Below are positions 1-13,335 of a DNA stretch of 64,000 bases, piece by piece. Location: NCBI GenBank assembly GCA_030390025.1, contig CM059429.1, forward strand, positions 118,172,001-118,236,000. Reading direction: 5' to 3'. Each line of letters starts with the position of its first letter. Position 1 is the first letter of the stretch. The notes below the pieces were generated by a model that saw only the letters and a list, made by a program, of their open reading frames with translations, had not been told where the DNA came from and searched no databases. The stretch comes from Squalus acanthias. Taxonomy: Eukaryota. Made by a program: the position numbers and the translations under genes.

Positions 1-167
1 TCCCTCGCCGCTGCAGGTTGGGTCAGCTCCACGCTGACAGGTGCACCTGGGGGAAAGGCGCGTGGAAGCAAGTTGACACCGGGTTCCTGACCCGCTGTCA
101 AAAAAAACAACTTTCCCACCCGACCCGCCACTGATCGTGCCCGCTACCACCGTGGAAAATTCAGCCC
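1..167. mobile_element. End of a Harbinger/PIF-type non-autonomous element (truncated by window edge)
   Basis: Ends in ...GGAAAATTCAGCCC. Its reverse complement (GGGCTGAATTTTCC...GGTGGGAAAGTTGTTTTTTTTGACAGCGGGTCAGGAACCCG) matches the left end of the element at 25373. Confidence 0.7.
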
Positions 168-1279
168 TGTGTGTTTGTGAGACGGGGGTTATGCTGAAGC
201 ACTTATGAAATCGCTGTACTTGGAATCAAGTTAATTTTCCTCGCACAGTTCATTTTATTCACTTACCAATGCCATTTATCGCAATTTGCAATTTGTCCCT
301 GTAGATGTGCTATCGTGTGTTTTTGTCCGTGGGTTATACTGGCTATTGGGCACAAGCTAATGGGGTTTTCCCTGTTTTACTATCAGTTCTGGCAGTTGGT
401 GGGAAAGTGACAGGAACCATAGAAAGAAAAACTTTGACTTTTCCATAGCAAGTCCTTCTTCAAGAGATCCTAATTGTGATTGCTTGCTCCATAGAAATCT
501 CTCTAGATTTAGTGGAGGGGTGGAGTTCAAGAAATGTATCTGTCTTCTCCTGGCAGGCATATCAGAATATGATTAATGTGATTCAGCTTCGTGATTATTT
601 TACATTCAAATCCAAATGCTCAGCTCTACTGAAGACCTAAAAATAGTACCACTTGAAAAATAAGTATATCGGATTTAAGAGTAGGAGTATGAATCAGCAG
701 AAATCTGGGTGGAAATGAGCAGAAACCTGAAATCTGGGGTCAGTTGAATCTTGGTTCATATAACCTTAAGCTTTTATCCATTTCAATATCTGAAACTCAG
801 TTGTATGCACATTGAAGGACAGAAATACCATCTCAAGATCACTTGTCAATTTGTTTTGAAGAGCACAGTTGGGCATAGGCGATTGTTCTATTGAGAGCAG
901 TTGTTCTATTGTGAGCAGTTGTATTTTTCCACAAAATAGTGCAATAACTGCCAATGCTTCACGCTCATCCAGTAAATCTTAAATGTCTTGGATCACCAAG
1001 TTAGGAATGCCAACTTCCTTAAAATATTTAAAATCAGGCTTCATTTTGCACCAGAATTGGCATTAAGCCCAAGCAATGTGAGAGTGATACCCTGAGTGGG
1101 TCCTGCAACGCTGCATTCTGGCGTCACGCCAGGACTTGACTCCAGAGTGAAACTGTCACTTTGGCAGCCATGTTAAGTGGAAACTATTTTGCAGTGACGC
1201 AAGTGTGACAATATAGTGACACCTTGGTATTTATCGAGGTGTACTCACAATTTGGTCCATCTCAAGAGAAAATGAAACC

Positions 1280-1600
1280 CTACTCCAGAAAGTTATGTAG
1301 CCATATGTTTGTTAGCAGTAATATCATCTGTAAGTGATTTTACTGAGAATCCTACAGTCAGCTCTTTCAAGAGATTTGCAATAGCCTGAAAATTGCTAAA
1401 ATAAACACAGCTCCATTGCCTTCTCATGCAGTAGGGATGGCCAGACAATTCAACAGAATATTAGAGGAATAATTGCCCTTGGACTCAGCTGATTATGACA
1501 GGATTGGGATGGCCACCTGTCTATTGTAATGATGGGACATAAGGCCTCAGTATGTCAGACTACCAAGCAGGCACTGTTTATGATTCATTCTAGATGTAAC
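1280..1600 (+). pseudogene. Highly degenerate Gypsy/Ty3 LTR-retrotransposon integrase fragment
   Basis: Manual translation from 1359: QLFQEICNSLKIAKINTAPLPSHAVGMARQFNRILEE*...(frameshift) QDWDGHLSIVMMGHKASVCQTT. This parallels the Gypsy rve motif LFQEVC..LGIKK.RTTPYHPQSDGMVERFNRTL...DWD.HLP.L.MAYRSSVHETT. Confidence 0.6.
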
Positions 1601-4600
1601 TAGAATGTAGTCAATTTTGGGAAGCAGACAGTTCACTAGATTTTCTGCTTATGCAGTCGTGAATGAGGAGCGCTGCCTTCAACTCACTGTTCCTGTCTAT
1701 GATGGTCTTCGAATGGAACATTATGAAGTCATATAAAGTGGAAGTAATTGCCTGAATATATAATATATATATATCCCTTTTTACAACGCTGACCATGGGT
1801 CTGTTCAATACAGTATAATTGCTCTTTAATTTCTTTATGTTGAATAATACACTAGCAGTATGAATGAGAAATAATTGAGTATGAAAATTTGCATTCCTTA
1901 AAGATTTAATTGGGAGCTTTTATTTCCTTGAGGAATAATTTGAACTGATCTGATCAAGGGATCGTGCGAGTTCTACGACAAGTCCGCCTTCTGCTGCTGC
2001 AGCCTCCACTGACAGCACTGCATAAGCTCTGCTGCGCAAGTAGAAAAAGGTGCATGTTGAAGCTTGCTGATGCACAGTCAGCCAACGTGTGCAAAAGTTT
2101 GTTTGTGCCTATTATGCTGTTATTTAAAAGCCTTCCAATGAGTGGAGGAGCCATTCTTGATCTGATCACGTAATGGTTTATTTATACATTTCCACCGCTG
2201 AAGGTTTTATGATTAGACAGCAACCTGCAGACACGGTTAATTGCACAATAGGCCATCATTCACTGGCACGGAGATCAGATTATAATGCGAACTTCCTCAG
2301 GGAAGCAGATATAGTTCCAATTAGAGGACAGATTTATTTTTATTGTGAAGGGCTACAGCACCATTATATTCAGTGCTACTGTAAAAGCTATTTGTAAACC
2401 AGACGGCAAAGACGACCACTTAATGTTGCCAAGTGGGGGAATGACAACGGTGTAAACTGGCTTTGAATTGTGTCAGTCAGTGCCCAGCTTGTGTTTTCAC
2501 TTACACAACATGAAATTGAATTGCATTTCTGGAAACAAATTTAATTATGCAAGAGAAATTATCAGCAGTTTCATATTTTTGCATCAGTTTCTGCTTTGTC
2601 TCTGTGGCCCCTTTCCCCACCACAATTGGACAAGGAATGCGTACAATAATAGCACAAAAGTAAAAATAAATAACTCTTCTGTGCTGAGTCATAGAGGTAC
2701 TGGAAAGTGCGTAGTGTTGTGTTGAACTGCTTGTCTTTTGTATCAAGTGTTACTAGTATGTAATATAAGTGTCTGCAGGATAAACACATCTTCCCAACCT
2801 TTTTGGTTGTGTATACATTTAATAAAACACTCTAGGTTTCTTTGGGGTTCTGGGGAACTTCTTTTTTCATTTCCTTTTTTTCCCTGGGCCACTTCCCACA
2901 GATGGTAGTCCCCCCTTTAATTCCTTCCACCTTGTTGCTGCTTTTTAACTTGACAATATTTGCCTGGGGTACTGCATTGTGGGAGGAGGGATGTTGAGCA
3001 CCAAGCATCTACTGTAAAAATTGCACTATTTTCAAGCTTCCGAAGTTGTCATGTATTTTCTTTGATCCTGCCCAATAATATTGCTGTTGGTGGAGTTATG
3101 TTGCTCCTATTTAACCCATCCGTTCTTTCTGTGACTTGGTTTGCTCTTATAGATCTGTATTAAAATGGTTCATGAGCACTTGTTCTTGATCTGTACATCA
3201 TACAATCATAGAAATTTACGGCACAGAAGGAGGACATTCAGCCCATCGTGTCTGTGCCAGCCGAAAAAGAGCTACCTAGCCTAATCCCACATTCCAGCTC
3301 TTGGTCCATAGCCCTATAGGTTACGGCACTTCACGTGCATATCCAAGAGCTTTTTAAATGCAATGAGGGTTTCTGCCTCAATCACCCTTTCAGGCAGTGA
3401 GTTCCAGACCCCTATTACCCTCTGGGTAAAAAAAGTTCTCTTCAACTACCCTCTAATCCTTCTACCAATTACTTTCAATCTGTGCCTCCTGGTTATTGAC
3501 CTCTCTGCTAAGGGAAATGGATCCTTCCTCTCTACTCTATCTCGGCCCCTCATAATTTTATACACCTCAATAAGGTCTCCCCTCAGCCTCCTCGGTTCCA
3601 AAGAAAATAACCCTAACCTATTCAATCTTTCCTCATAGCTAAAATTCTCCAGTCCTGGCAACATCCTCGTAAATCTCCTCTGTACCCTCTCTAGTGCAAT
3701 CACATCTTTCCTGTAATGTAGTGACCAGAACTGCACGCAGTACTCTAGCTGTGGCCTAACTAGTGTTTTATACAGTTCAAGCATGACCTCCCTGCTCTTA
3801 CATTCTATGACTCGGCTAATAAAGGAAAGTATCCCGTATGCCTTCTTAACCACCTTATCTACCTGTCCTGCTACCTTCAGGGATCTGTGGACATGCAGTC
3901 CAAGGTCCCTCTGTTCCTCTACACGTCTCAGTATCCACCTTTTATTGTGTATTCCCTTGCCTTGTTAGCCCTCCCCAAATGCATTGCCTCACACTTCTCC
4001 GGATTGAATTCCATTTCCCACTTTTCTGCCCACCTGACCAGTCCATTGATATCTTCCTGCAGTCTACAGCTTTTTCCTCACTATCAACCACACGGCCAAT
4101 TTTTGTATCATCTGCAAACTTCTTAATCATGCCCCCTACATTGAAATATTAATCATTGATATATACCACAAAAAGCAAGGGACCTAGTACTGAGCCCTGT
4201 GGAACCCCACTGGAAACAGCCTTCCAGTCACAAAAACACCCATCAACCATTACCCTTTGCTTCCTGCCACTGAGCCAATTTTGGATCCAACTTGCTACTT
4301 TCCCTTGGATCCCATGGGCTTTTACTTTTGTGACCAGTCTGCCATGTGGGACCTTATCAAAAGCCTTGCTAAAATCCATGTAGACTACCTCAAACATGCT
4401 ACCCTCATCGTCCCTCCGTTACCTCCTCAAAAAATTCAATCAAGTTAGTCGGACATGACCTTCCCTTAACAAATCCATGCTGACTGTGCCTTTCTAAATG
4501 ACGATTAATATTGTCCCTCAGCATTTTTTCCAATAATTTGCCCACTACCGAAGTTAGGCTGACTGGCCTAAACAATGGTACAACGTTAGCAGTCCTCCGG

Positions 4601-6143
4601 CACCACACTTATAGCCAGAGAGAATTGGAAAATGATGGCCAGAGCCCATGCTATTTCCTCCCTTGCTTCTCTTAACACCTGGGATACATTTTCATCTGGG
4701 TCAGCCAATTTATCGACTTTCAAAGATGCTTAACCCCTTAATATTTCCCCTCTCACTATGTTTATCTCATCTAATATTTGACACTCCTCCTTAACTACAG
4801 TGTCTGCATCGTCCCTCTCTTTTGTGAAGACAGATGTAAGGTATTCATTAAGAACCATATCCACTTCTTCCACTTCCACACACCGGTTACCTTTTTGGTC
4901 TCTAATAGGCCCTACTCTTTCTTTAGTTATCCTCTTGCTCTTTATGTATTTATAAAACAGCTTTGGGCTTTCCTTGATTTTACTTGACAATATTTTTTCA
5001 TGCCCTCTCTTTGCTTTCCTAATTTCCTTTTTCATTTCACCCCTGTACTTCCTCTACTCCTCTTGGCTTTCTGCAGTATTTATCTGACATAAGCTTCCCT
5101 TTTTCTCTTTATTCTACCCTGTATGCTCCTTGACATCCAGGGGGCTGTAGGTTTGGGAGTCCCACCCTTTTTCTTTGTGGGAATAAATTTTCTCTGAATC
5201 TTCACTCTCTCCTCCTTGAATGCCTCCCACTGCTCTGACACTGATTTACTTTCAAGTAGCTGTTTCCAGTCCACTTTTGCTAAATCACATCTCATCTTAG
5301 TAAAATTGGCCTTTCCCCACTTAAGAACTTTTATTCCTGCTTATCTTTGTCCTTTTCCATAACTACGCTAAATCTAACTGAATTATGATCACTACCACCA
5401 ATATGCTCTCCCACTGATAACCCCTTCCACCTGCCCAGCTTCATTTCCTAAAACTAAGTCCAGAACCGCCCCCTTGGGCTTGCTGCGTATTGGCTAAAAA
5501 GGTTCCCCTGAATGAATTTTAAGAATTCTGTGCTCTCTATACCTTTTACACTGATTCTATCCCAGTTAATATTAGGCTAGTTGAAATCCCCTGCTATTAC
5601 TGCCCTATTGTTTTTGAAGTTCTCAGAAATTTGCCTACATATTTGCTCTTCTGTCTCCCTCTTTGGGGGTCTATAGTACACTCTCAGCAGTGTGATTACA
5701 CCTTTTTTGTTCTTCAGTTCAACCCATATGGCCTCATTTGATGATTCTTCTAACATATCATCCCTCCTCTCAGCTGTAATTGTTTCTTTAACCAATATTG
5801 CGAGCCCCCTCCTTTTTTATCCCCCTCTCTATCTCCTCTGAAAACTCTGCAACCAGCAATGTTGAGCAGCCACTCCTGCCCTTCTTTCAGCCATGTTTCA
5901 GTAATAGCTATGATATCGTACTTCCACGTGTCTGTCTATGCTCTCAGCTCATCTGCCTTATTCACTCGACACCTTGCATTGAAGTATATACCATTAAGCA
6001 CTGCCAAACCCCTTTGTTGTCTATTTTCTAGCCTTTGTATTCTTTGCCTTCCAAATTCATTACTAATTTTCTGCCTTTCATTTCCAGCTTTGCTTCTCTC
6101 CCTTCTGAGTCTATGCAGGATCCCGTCCCCCTGACAAACTAGT

Positions 6144-7094
6144 TTAAACCCTCCCCAACAGCACTAGCAAAATCCCCGCGAGGATATTGGTCCTGGCCCT
6201 GCTAAAGTGCAAGCCGTCCGGCTTGTACAGGTCCCACCTCCCCCAGAATGGGTCTCGATGCCTCAGGAATCTAAAGCCCTCCCTCCTGCACCATCTCTCC
6301 AGCCACGCATTCATCTGCTCTATCCTCCTATTTATGTACTCACTAGCACATGACACAGGGAGTAATCCGTAGATTACTACCTTTGAGGACCTGCTTATTA
6401 ATCTCTTTCCTAGCTCACTAAAATATGCCTGCAGGACCTCATCCCTCCTTTCTACCTATGTCATTGGTACCGATATGGACCACAACCTCTTGCTGTTCAT
6501 ACTCCCCCCTCAGAACGTCCTGCAGCCGCTCAGTGACATCCTTGACCCTGGCACCAGGAGGCAACATACCATCCTGGAGTCGCATCTGTGGCCGCAGAAA
6601 TGCCTCTCTGTTCCCCTAACTATTGAAGCCCCGATCACTATTGCTTTTCTGACCTTCCTCCTTCCCCACCCTCCCCCCACCCCCCGTACAGCTGAGCCGC
6701 CCATGGTGCCATGGACTTGGCTCTGGCTGTACTCCCCAGAGGAACCATCGCCCTCACCAGTATTATACAGGTTAGAGTGCAAGATGCACTCAGGGGACTC
6801 CTGCACTAGCTGCCTGGTCCTCCTTGTCTGTCTGGTGGTCACCTATTCCCTCGCTGCCTGCAAACTCTTAAGCTGCGGAGTGACCACCTCCTGAAATGTG
6901 CTGTCCACGTAGCTTTCGGCCTCGCAGATGTACTGCAGTGACGCCAGCTGCAGCTCAAGCTCCGAAACCCGGAGCTTGAGCTCGTCCAGCTGACGACACT
7001 TCCTGCACATATGGTTGTCCAGGACACGCGAAGCATCCTGGACTTCCCACATGGCACAGGGTGTGCATTTTACGAGACTGAGGTGCCCTGCTAT
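6144..7094 (-). pseudogene. CR1 ORF1 remnant: CxxC..CxxC zinc finger, leucine zipper and SGNH/GDSL esterase
   Basis: CTPCAMWEV...CRKC followed by heptad leucines; GDS motif mutated to GAS; DGLH motif retained; broken by stops and frameshifts. Confidence 0.85.
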
Positions 7095-7126
7095 GCCTCT
7101 ATTTAGCAGACTACTAACTAAACTTC

Positions 7127-7293
7127 AGCAAAATACTGCAGATGCTGGAAATCTAAAATAAAACCAGAAAATGCTGGAAATACTCAGCAGGTCAGGCAGC
7201 ATCTGTGGAGAGAGAAACAGAGTTAACGTTTCAGGTCGATGATCCTTCGCCAGTTCTGACCTGCTGAGTATTTCCAGCATTTTCTGTTTTTAT
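7127..7293 (-). mobile_element. Short Penelope-like foldback insertion (family B pLTR + inverted partial copy) in the CR1 5' region
   Basis: 15-bp TSD TACTAACTAAACTTC at 7112-7126 and 7294-7308; inverted arms 7157-7195 / 7256-7294; degenerate hammerhead (CUGGCGA...GAAACGUU) on the minus strand. Confidence 0.9.
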
Positions 7294-7709
7294 TACTAAC
7301 TAAACTTCTTAGTTTAACCCACTGCCCTAATTAGAGAGAAAAAAGACAAAATTATTTACACAAGTGTAACAAGAACCACTGAGATACTAGACACAAAGAA
7401 CCTAAATATTAGATATCTAGATACTTAGAGTCCTCCTTTTGAGTTGGACGTGAGAAACCGCCTTCCTCCTCCTCCTCCTCCACCGAATTCCTACTATCAC
7501 CAAATTCTTCCACTCTGCTTGTGATCCACTCCAATTGCAATTCACCCAACTCTGACTCCAAGCTCTGTGCTCAAGCTCTCTTAATCTTGTCTGCTTGCAA
7601 AATATTAAAATATATAATTTTTTGAAACACAGTGGCACCCATCACTTTTGGTTTTAACCCAGAAGGAATGTGAAACCTGTGTGTGTGTGTGCGCATGGCT
7701 GTGGTGGGA

Positions 7710-7806
7710 ACTACATAACAGTGACTGCATTTCCAAAGTAATCCATTGGTTGTAAATCACTTTAGAATGTCGTAAGTATGCGATAAGGTGCTATATAAAT
7801 GCAAGT
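7710..7806 (+). mobile_element. 3' tail of DeuSINE (SacSINE1-like)/L2
   Basis: Ends in GGTGCTATATAAATGCAAGTT, like the tail of the SINE at 48232-48675. Confidence 0.6.
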
Positions 7807-7947
7807 TTTCTTTTTTTTTTCTTTCTCTGTTTCTCATGATAACAGTCTGCCATTGAATATTTTCTTCCCTGTTGAAAACCCACTGCAATTTTACAATATA
7901 AATATGTCCTAGTTAACCACATGATGTGAAGAATGTAAGGAATCCAA

Positions 7948-8390
7948 GGGCTGGATTTTGCCGGTGCTCAGAGGGTGGGTTTGGAGGCGGGTCCGCTGTC
8001 AAAATCGCAAAGATTGACCGGGTAGCAAACCCACTGTCAACCCGCCTCTATTACATCTCCGTTGTAATAGTGGACCTGCAGCTGATAGTCAGCTATCCAC
8101 TTGTGCTCCCGCCAGGTTTCACTGGAGTGTTTCACATCAGGCGTGCTTCACGTCCGAAAAGGGTTAAACTAGCTAAAACGTTTTAAAATGGCATTACAGA
8201 GCCAATTTAGGGCTTGTTAAGGGCTTTAATGGCCTCTCCCGCCTCTTGGAGGCGGACGGAGTCGGGAACCCCGCGACCGATTTTGCCAAAATTGCATGGA
8301 GTCGGGATGGGGTCGGGACCCCCGAATCTGCTACTTTAACCCCCCACACGCCTCCAAACCCGACTCCACGGGGCATTCAAAATCCAGCCC
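7948..8390. mobile_element. Harbinger-type MITE
   Basis: Perfect 13-bp TIR GGGCTGGATTTTG / CAAAATCCAGCCC; left end homologous to the reverse complement of 14020-14123; TSD not clear. Confidence 0.85.
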
Positions 8391-11300
8391 TAGGAGTCTG
8401 AGTAACACTTAACGATGGTGCACAGAGTCTCCAAACGAAAGGCCTGAAGCATTCGAAGAGCTGCTTGGAGAAGTTTAAGATTGCCAATAAATTTTAGTTC
8501 AAATGAAGATCTGGAGGGGTGAGAGGAACAAAAATATAAGTGTGCTTATATTTCTAGAAATATTGGGAAGATTAATGATGTAGGCGAGATGGGACCCATA
8601 GGATAATCATATTTTATTTTCTTATGCTCTATAACCTATATAATGGTAAGTTGAAGCTTATTTCTTGCAGTCATTATGTCAGCCACTTATCCTTTTATGT
8701 GAACATGATTGCAAATTAGTCTTGTGGAGTGCACAGACAGCAACTGCTGCCATAAACAGTGGACCAAAAACTGAATAACATTCCCATGTACAAACCATAC
8801 ATGGAGTGCCATATAATCTTTCTTTCACTCTCGCTCGCTCTTTCTTTATCTCCTTCCTTTCTTTCTCTTCTTTTCTTTTCTTTCTTTCTGTCTCTCTCTT
8901 GCTGAAAAACATGATGTTTATATGTATTAACTGTCAGAATGAAGCAAGGTAAGAGGAGTAGATTAGCACTCCATCCACTTGGATCTGAGAGAGATTACCT
9001 GCAGTGATTGGACTTCATTAGACATGAAATTGCTATTGGATTCTATTGCTGAACACCAGGAGGTCCCCCAACAGTGTCACTAACACTACTTGGTCCTTGC
9101 AGTCTCTCATTTTCTCTCTTGCTCTCTCTTTCCTCTGTTTCCCCCCCCCACACCCATTGCTTTATCCATCGCAGAGGGTAAAAAGCTCAGTTAACTCTGC
9201 CAGGATTTGGACACCACAGGCCCCAAAGATGGTGCTGAACCAACTTAGCTACCCACCGTAACTCCAGGGCAGATATTATTTCCTTCCCTCTGTGATTTAA
9301 AAATACTTTTTATAAAATAAAGATCACTGTAGAATCTCCATTCTTTAATATGTGCAGATGAAGCATCTCACCCTAGAGATCAGCAAAGGTACAGCTATCG
9401 ATAGAAGATGACTGTGCAGTTAATAACACAGGTCTAGTAATTTTCGAAGCTGCTGTCAGACCTGATAGATTTGCTGAAGGCCATGAAATTAACAAGTTGA
9501 AATGAGCAGCTTCATGACAAAGGGAGCAGTATGTCCTTATCTTTTCGGTTTGAAAAAGCTTCACAATTAATTGATTGAACTATTTTTTCCTCGGTCTTGA
9601 ATTTATATACTTTTAAACTGATGTATGGATTAAATAGCATGTCTGGAATCACTCACCCGGACGCTCCATTAAACCTACAATGATCTGATTTAATGTTCGT
9701 TGTACTGTTAACTGTTCGAGACAAGGCCTTTTGAATTATAACTTCAGCAGCCCCAATATTTGGGTGTCTGCAAAACTGATGTCCGATGCCTTAAAGCCCA
9801 AAGGGGCAGTGCAATGATGCAAATGTCTTCAGACATCAGAGAAGATGGGCATAGTCTTGTTTCTCTTACCCTCCACCAGAGAGATAGCAAATACAGGTGC
9901 ATACACTCCACTAGACTAGTAGAGAACTGAGGCTCACTCACCATAAGACCTTGCATACCATAAGAAATGTACAAGAGTAAATGTTCTTTCTTAGTTTTGG
10001 CCTCCTCATTTTATGAAATGTTTGTTCTCTTGTCTCTTTCCTACACTGTCATTCCTGACGTAGTTTGTGGATGCACATGTCTTTCTTTTCTGTTCTTAAG
10101 GAGATTAATTTATGCATCAGTACTTCACTCATCTGATTCTTTCCCTCTTCCCTCTACTTGGTACGCAGCTGAATTAATGGGGAACTTAATGTATGGGTAG
10201 ACACAATGTTCAACTGCTCCATCATGTAGCACATCTCTCTGCACTATTTTCCTATACTACCCAGCTGTCAATAATCCTGCCACTTGTCCAGCCACAGATG
10301 CCTGCTGCCAGCCAAACAGATTCCAGGATGACAAGAAACTTATGGTGGAACACTGGTAATTATTTTGCACAGCAGGGTATTTTTTTTCCCCCCCCACACA
10401 AGGTTCTACCGCTTTTATAATAAAAAAGCCGAACAGCCACCAAGACTTAGTTGAGTTACTTTTATGTTTTGATTAATAAGCTAAAAACTGATCCGTGAAG
10501 AACGTTGAATTTTTAATTTGATACAGTGATTGATTCTGGTGTATACTGTCATTCAAATGTGCAAAAAGCTAATTGTGAAGCAATGCAGCTTGTTATATTG
10601 GTAATACTAGACAAGAGAATTGATTGTTTTGGTTTAATGGGGCACTGTCTTCATGAAAAGGAGCTTGGCAATTTTATTTTGTTTGTTTACAAATGAATAA
10701 TGTGATCAATATTATTCAAACATATCCTGTCTCTTGTGCATGACATGATTCTGATGAAAATGGGACATGGCTTGTGTCTCCCCAGAAAAGGAGTTGTTTG
10801 CACACAAGATTATATTCTTCAACAGATATTGTAACCATTTTAAAACTGTAACCTTCCATTTGTGTGGCATGAATAATTAAACATTCAGCAATCCCAAGCC
10901 TCTGAGCGAACACAAGATTGCCAACATTAGGGTAGCCTTGTATTAATGATCTTTGTGTCCTCGTGACTAAAATTACACAACCGGAACCAGATATATTTAA
11001 TGAAAACTGTACCTTTTCATTCACTTCCTATGTGCCTTCTTTTTGATATTACTGCATGTATAATCTCTTTTGAACAGTGTGAAGTATCTCTGTCTGTTAG
11101 GAGCTGCCTGAACAAGTCTCGGGGGCCTGGCACTCTCCAGGATTGGGATTAAACCTCAAGACACATCTCTGATCACACATGTTGGTGCAACCCAGAAATA
11201 TTGCATGAAAGGGATCAAAAGCCAGCATTCTGTTGGTGGAATTAAATCTAGGCTGTAACCTGGCCTGACAGTAATGTTGCACTGAGAATGTGCTCAACTG

Positions 11301-11450
11301 AATTGGCACCAGTCGCAAGATTCAAATGAATCCAGAATGGCGATGTGTTCAGGAGTCAGACAGTACAGGATAGTGCAGGTTCAGCACACAGCATTTCAGT
11401 AAAAAATCAGTAATATGTATCCTGTTAAATGGTTCTAATTATATCATTAA

Positions 11451-11580
11451 CATAGGATAGGATAGGATATACGGCACAGATATAGGTTATTCGGCCCAAC
11501 CAGTCCATGCCGGTGTTTATCCTCCATTCGAGCCTCCTCCCATCTTTCCTCATCTAAGTCTATCAGCATAACCCTCTTTA
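11451..11580 (-). mobile_element. CR1 3'-terminal fragment
   Basis: (ATAGG)n tail followed by GGCACAGATATAGGTTATTCGGCCCAACCAGTCCATGCCGG, similar to the CR1 3' hairpin at 3220-3260. Confidence 0.7.
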
Positions 11581-12603
11581 AACCTCATTAAAAATGATAG
11601 ATGGTGACAAATATCCTTCCAATGCCCATCACTGACTTGGTACCACTTTCTATGCTACCTTGCTTTAGTGCATTCTTGCAATTTGCTGGACCAATCCATA
11701 ACAGGGAAAACATTTTATACCATTAGAAATGTATAGTGACGATTTACTGAAATTATGCATACTCATTTACCAGGGTCAGCGGCAGAAATATTTTCTTCCA
11801 GGCAGTTCCTTGAGTGCAGCAAATACCTGGCATATGTTTCACAATAATCACACCCCCAGAGATTTGTATTTACTTTTTCAGCCTTGATCTTGTGAAAGCC
11901 GAAAGCTCACACTGCTGAAATGAAAAGTAAATCATTGAAGATGCAGTCTTTATTGAGCCAACTGCTGTGATACTGTCTGATCTTTCCACCTACCAGCAAC
12001 AAGGACTGTAGTTTCTGAGTTTTATTATAAAACAACATTGCTTTTAGCACAGGTTCTTTATATTTTGGCATCTGTTGAAGTACGTTATGATTGCATAATC
12101 TTTTGTGGTCAGAGAAAGTGGAGGAGGCCATATAAAAGTTCACTTTCTCATACAAAAATAGTTGCTTTTTTTTGACATGTCTGAGTGGATACTACATTAC
12201 TTACTGATTATCAATTGTTTTGGCATTGTGCAAATAATATATCCCTAAAAAAAAAGCATAATAACAAGTACAGTCCTCGCAACAAAAAGTGGTTTATCAT
12301 AAAGCTAAGGCACTTCCAGGCCTTGCATGTGGGTCACAATGATTGGTGAACCCAATAAACAGTAGTAGGCAGATCCTTGTGTCTATAATGGAGAGCAAAA
12401 AGAACCTTTACATAAAAGAAAGCCCTTATTAAAGCACTATCTTATCCTTAGAACAAACAGTATAGTGCCAATCCTTGCATAGAGGTGGGGAAGGAGGAGT
12501 TAAAGAGGATTCCTTTGTTTGGAAAGTTGTCTTAAAGCAGTTATCATTAGAGGATAAGGGAAGTTCTTAGACCCTAGATTTGTTCCTTAGATGGAGATTG
12601 GTC

Positions 12604-12627
12604 GGGGGGGGGGGGGGGGGGGGGGGG
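12604..12627 (+). repeat. Poly-G homopolymer (24 nt)
   Basis: Directly visible. Confidence 0.9.
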
Positions 12628-13335
12628 CGGCAGGGAGAAGATATCTAAAACATGACCGCTTTAGAGGGATGAAAAGGGGACGAGGAAGCCCTATTTATCC
12701 AGAGACTACAGAGAGCTGCTTATTTGCTAGTGACTGATCTCATACCATAAGTTCCTGGACTAATTCCAAATATTCCTGGACAAATGCATTTATGAATTTT
12801 TGTGCGAAGGCGCTGGGGAGGAAATTGCCTTGGTGTGAAGCACAAGCTATGCAACTATTTTCTTCTATTAGGTAAATATTTAAATATTTTTAAAGTGTTC
12901 TTATAAAATTTTGAACAACTTTGGTAAAGTGGACTTATAAGGACATATTGTACCTGTGGTGTAGAGTCTTATGTCAACAAGTGCAAGTCATAACATTGAG
13001 CGTGTCATCCAATGCTCAGCGCACCTGATTTTGTGACGGGCATGTTGGCAAATTTCTGAGAGACTGCTCTACTGGCATGTGCAGGCCTCAGCAGCTGCAA
13101 ATAATTCTATCTAGTTTCATACTGAATTTCACTTTCTGGCGAGGGCCTACCCGCAGTGTTAATCTGGCCAATCAAAATTGGGTGCATCAGCGCTGAGCAA
13201 GTGAGATATGCTTCTTGAAGGAGGTGGCTGTTGTTGAAGCTGCATCTAAGAGTATCATTTTTTTCCAACTGGGACCATTGTGCAGAGGTTTTTTTAGGGG
13301 GAAACAATCATTAATTTTGGTACACTGCACTTGTC

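Larger units (their letters stand above)
3196..7600 (-). mobile_element. Near full-length, degenerate CR1 LINE (ORF1 zinc finger/coiled coil + SGNH esterase; ORF2 APE-RT; 3' microsatellite tail)
   Basis: ORF track: MWEV...CRKCRQLDELKLRVSELELQL (6843-7052), AIVIGASIVRG and DGLH (6144-6842), YYRPP..AVIAGDFN (5577-5795), YMDFSKAFDKVPH..GVPQGSVLGPLLF (4149-4397), KFADDTK (3942-4130), LYKTLVRPQLEYCVQFWS (3446-3853). CR1 3' tail/hairpin near 3200-3250. The 5' boundary is approximate. Confidence 0.95.

Noticed and set aside
883-922. 18-bp tandem duplication TTGTTCTATTG(A/T)GAGCAG
   Set aside because: Simple local slippage with only two units.
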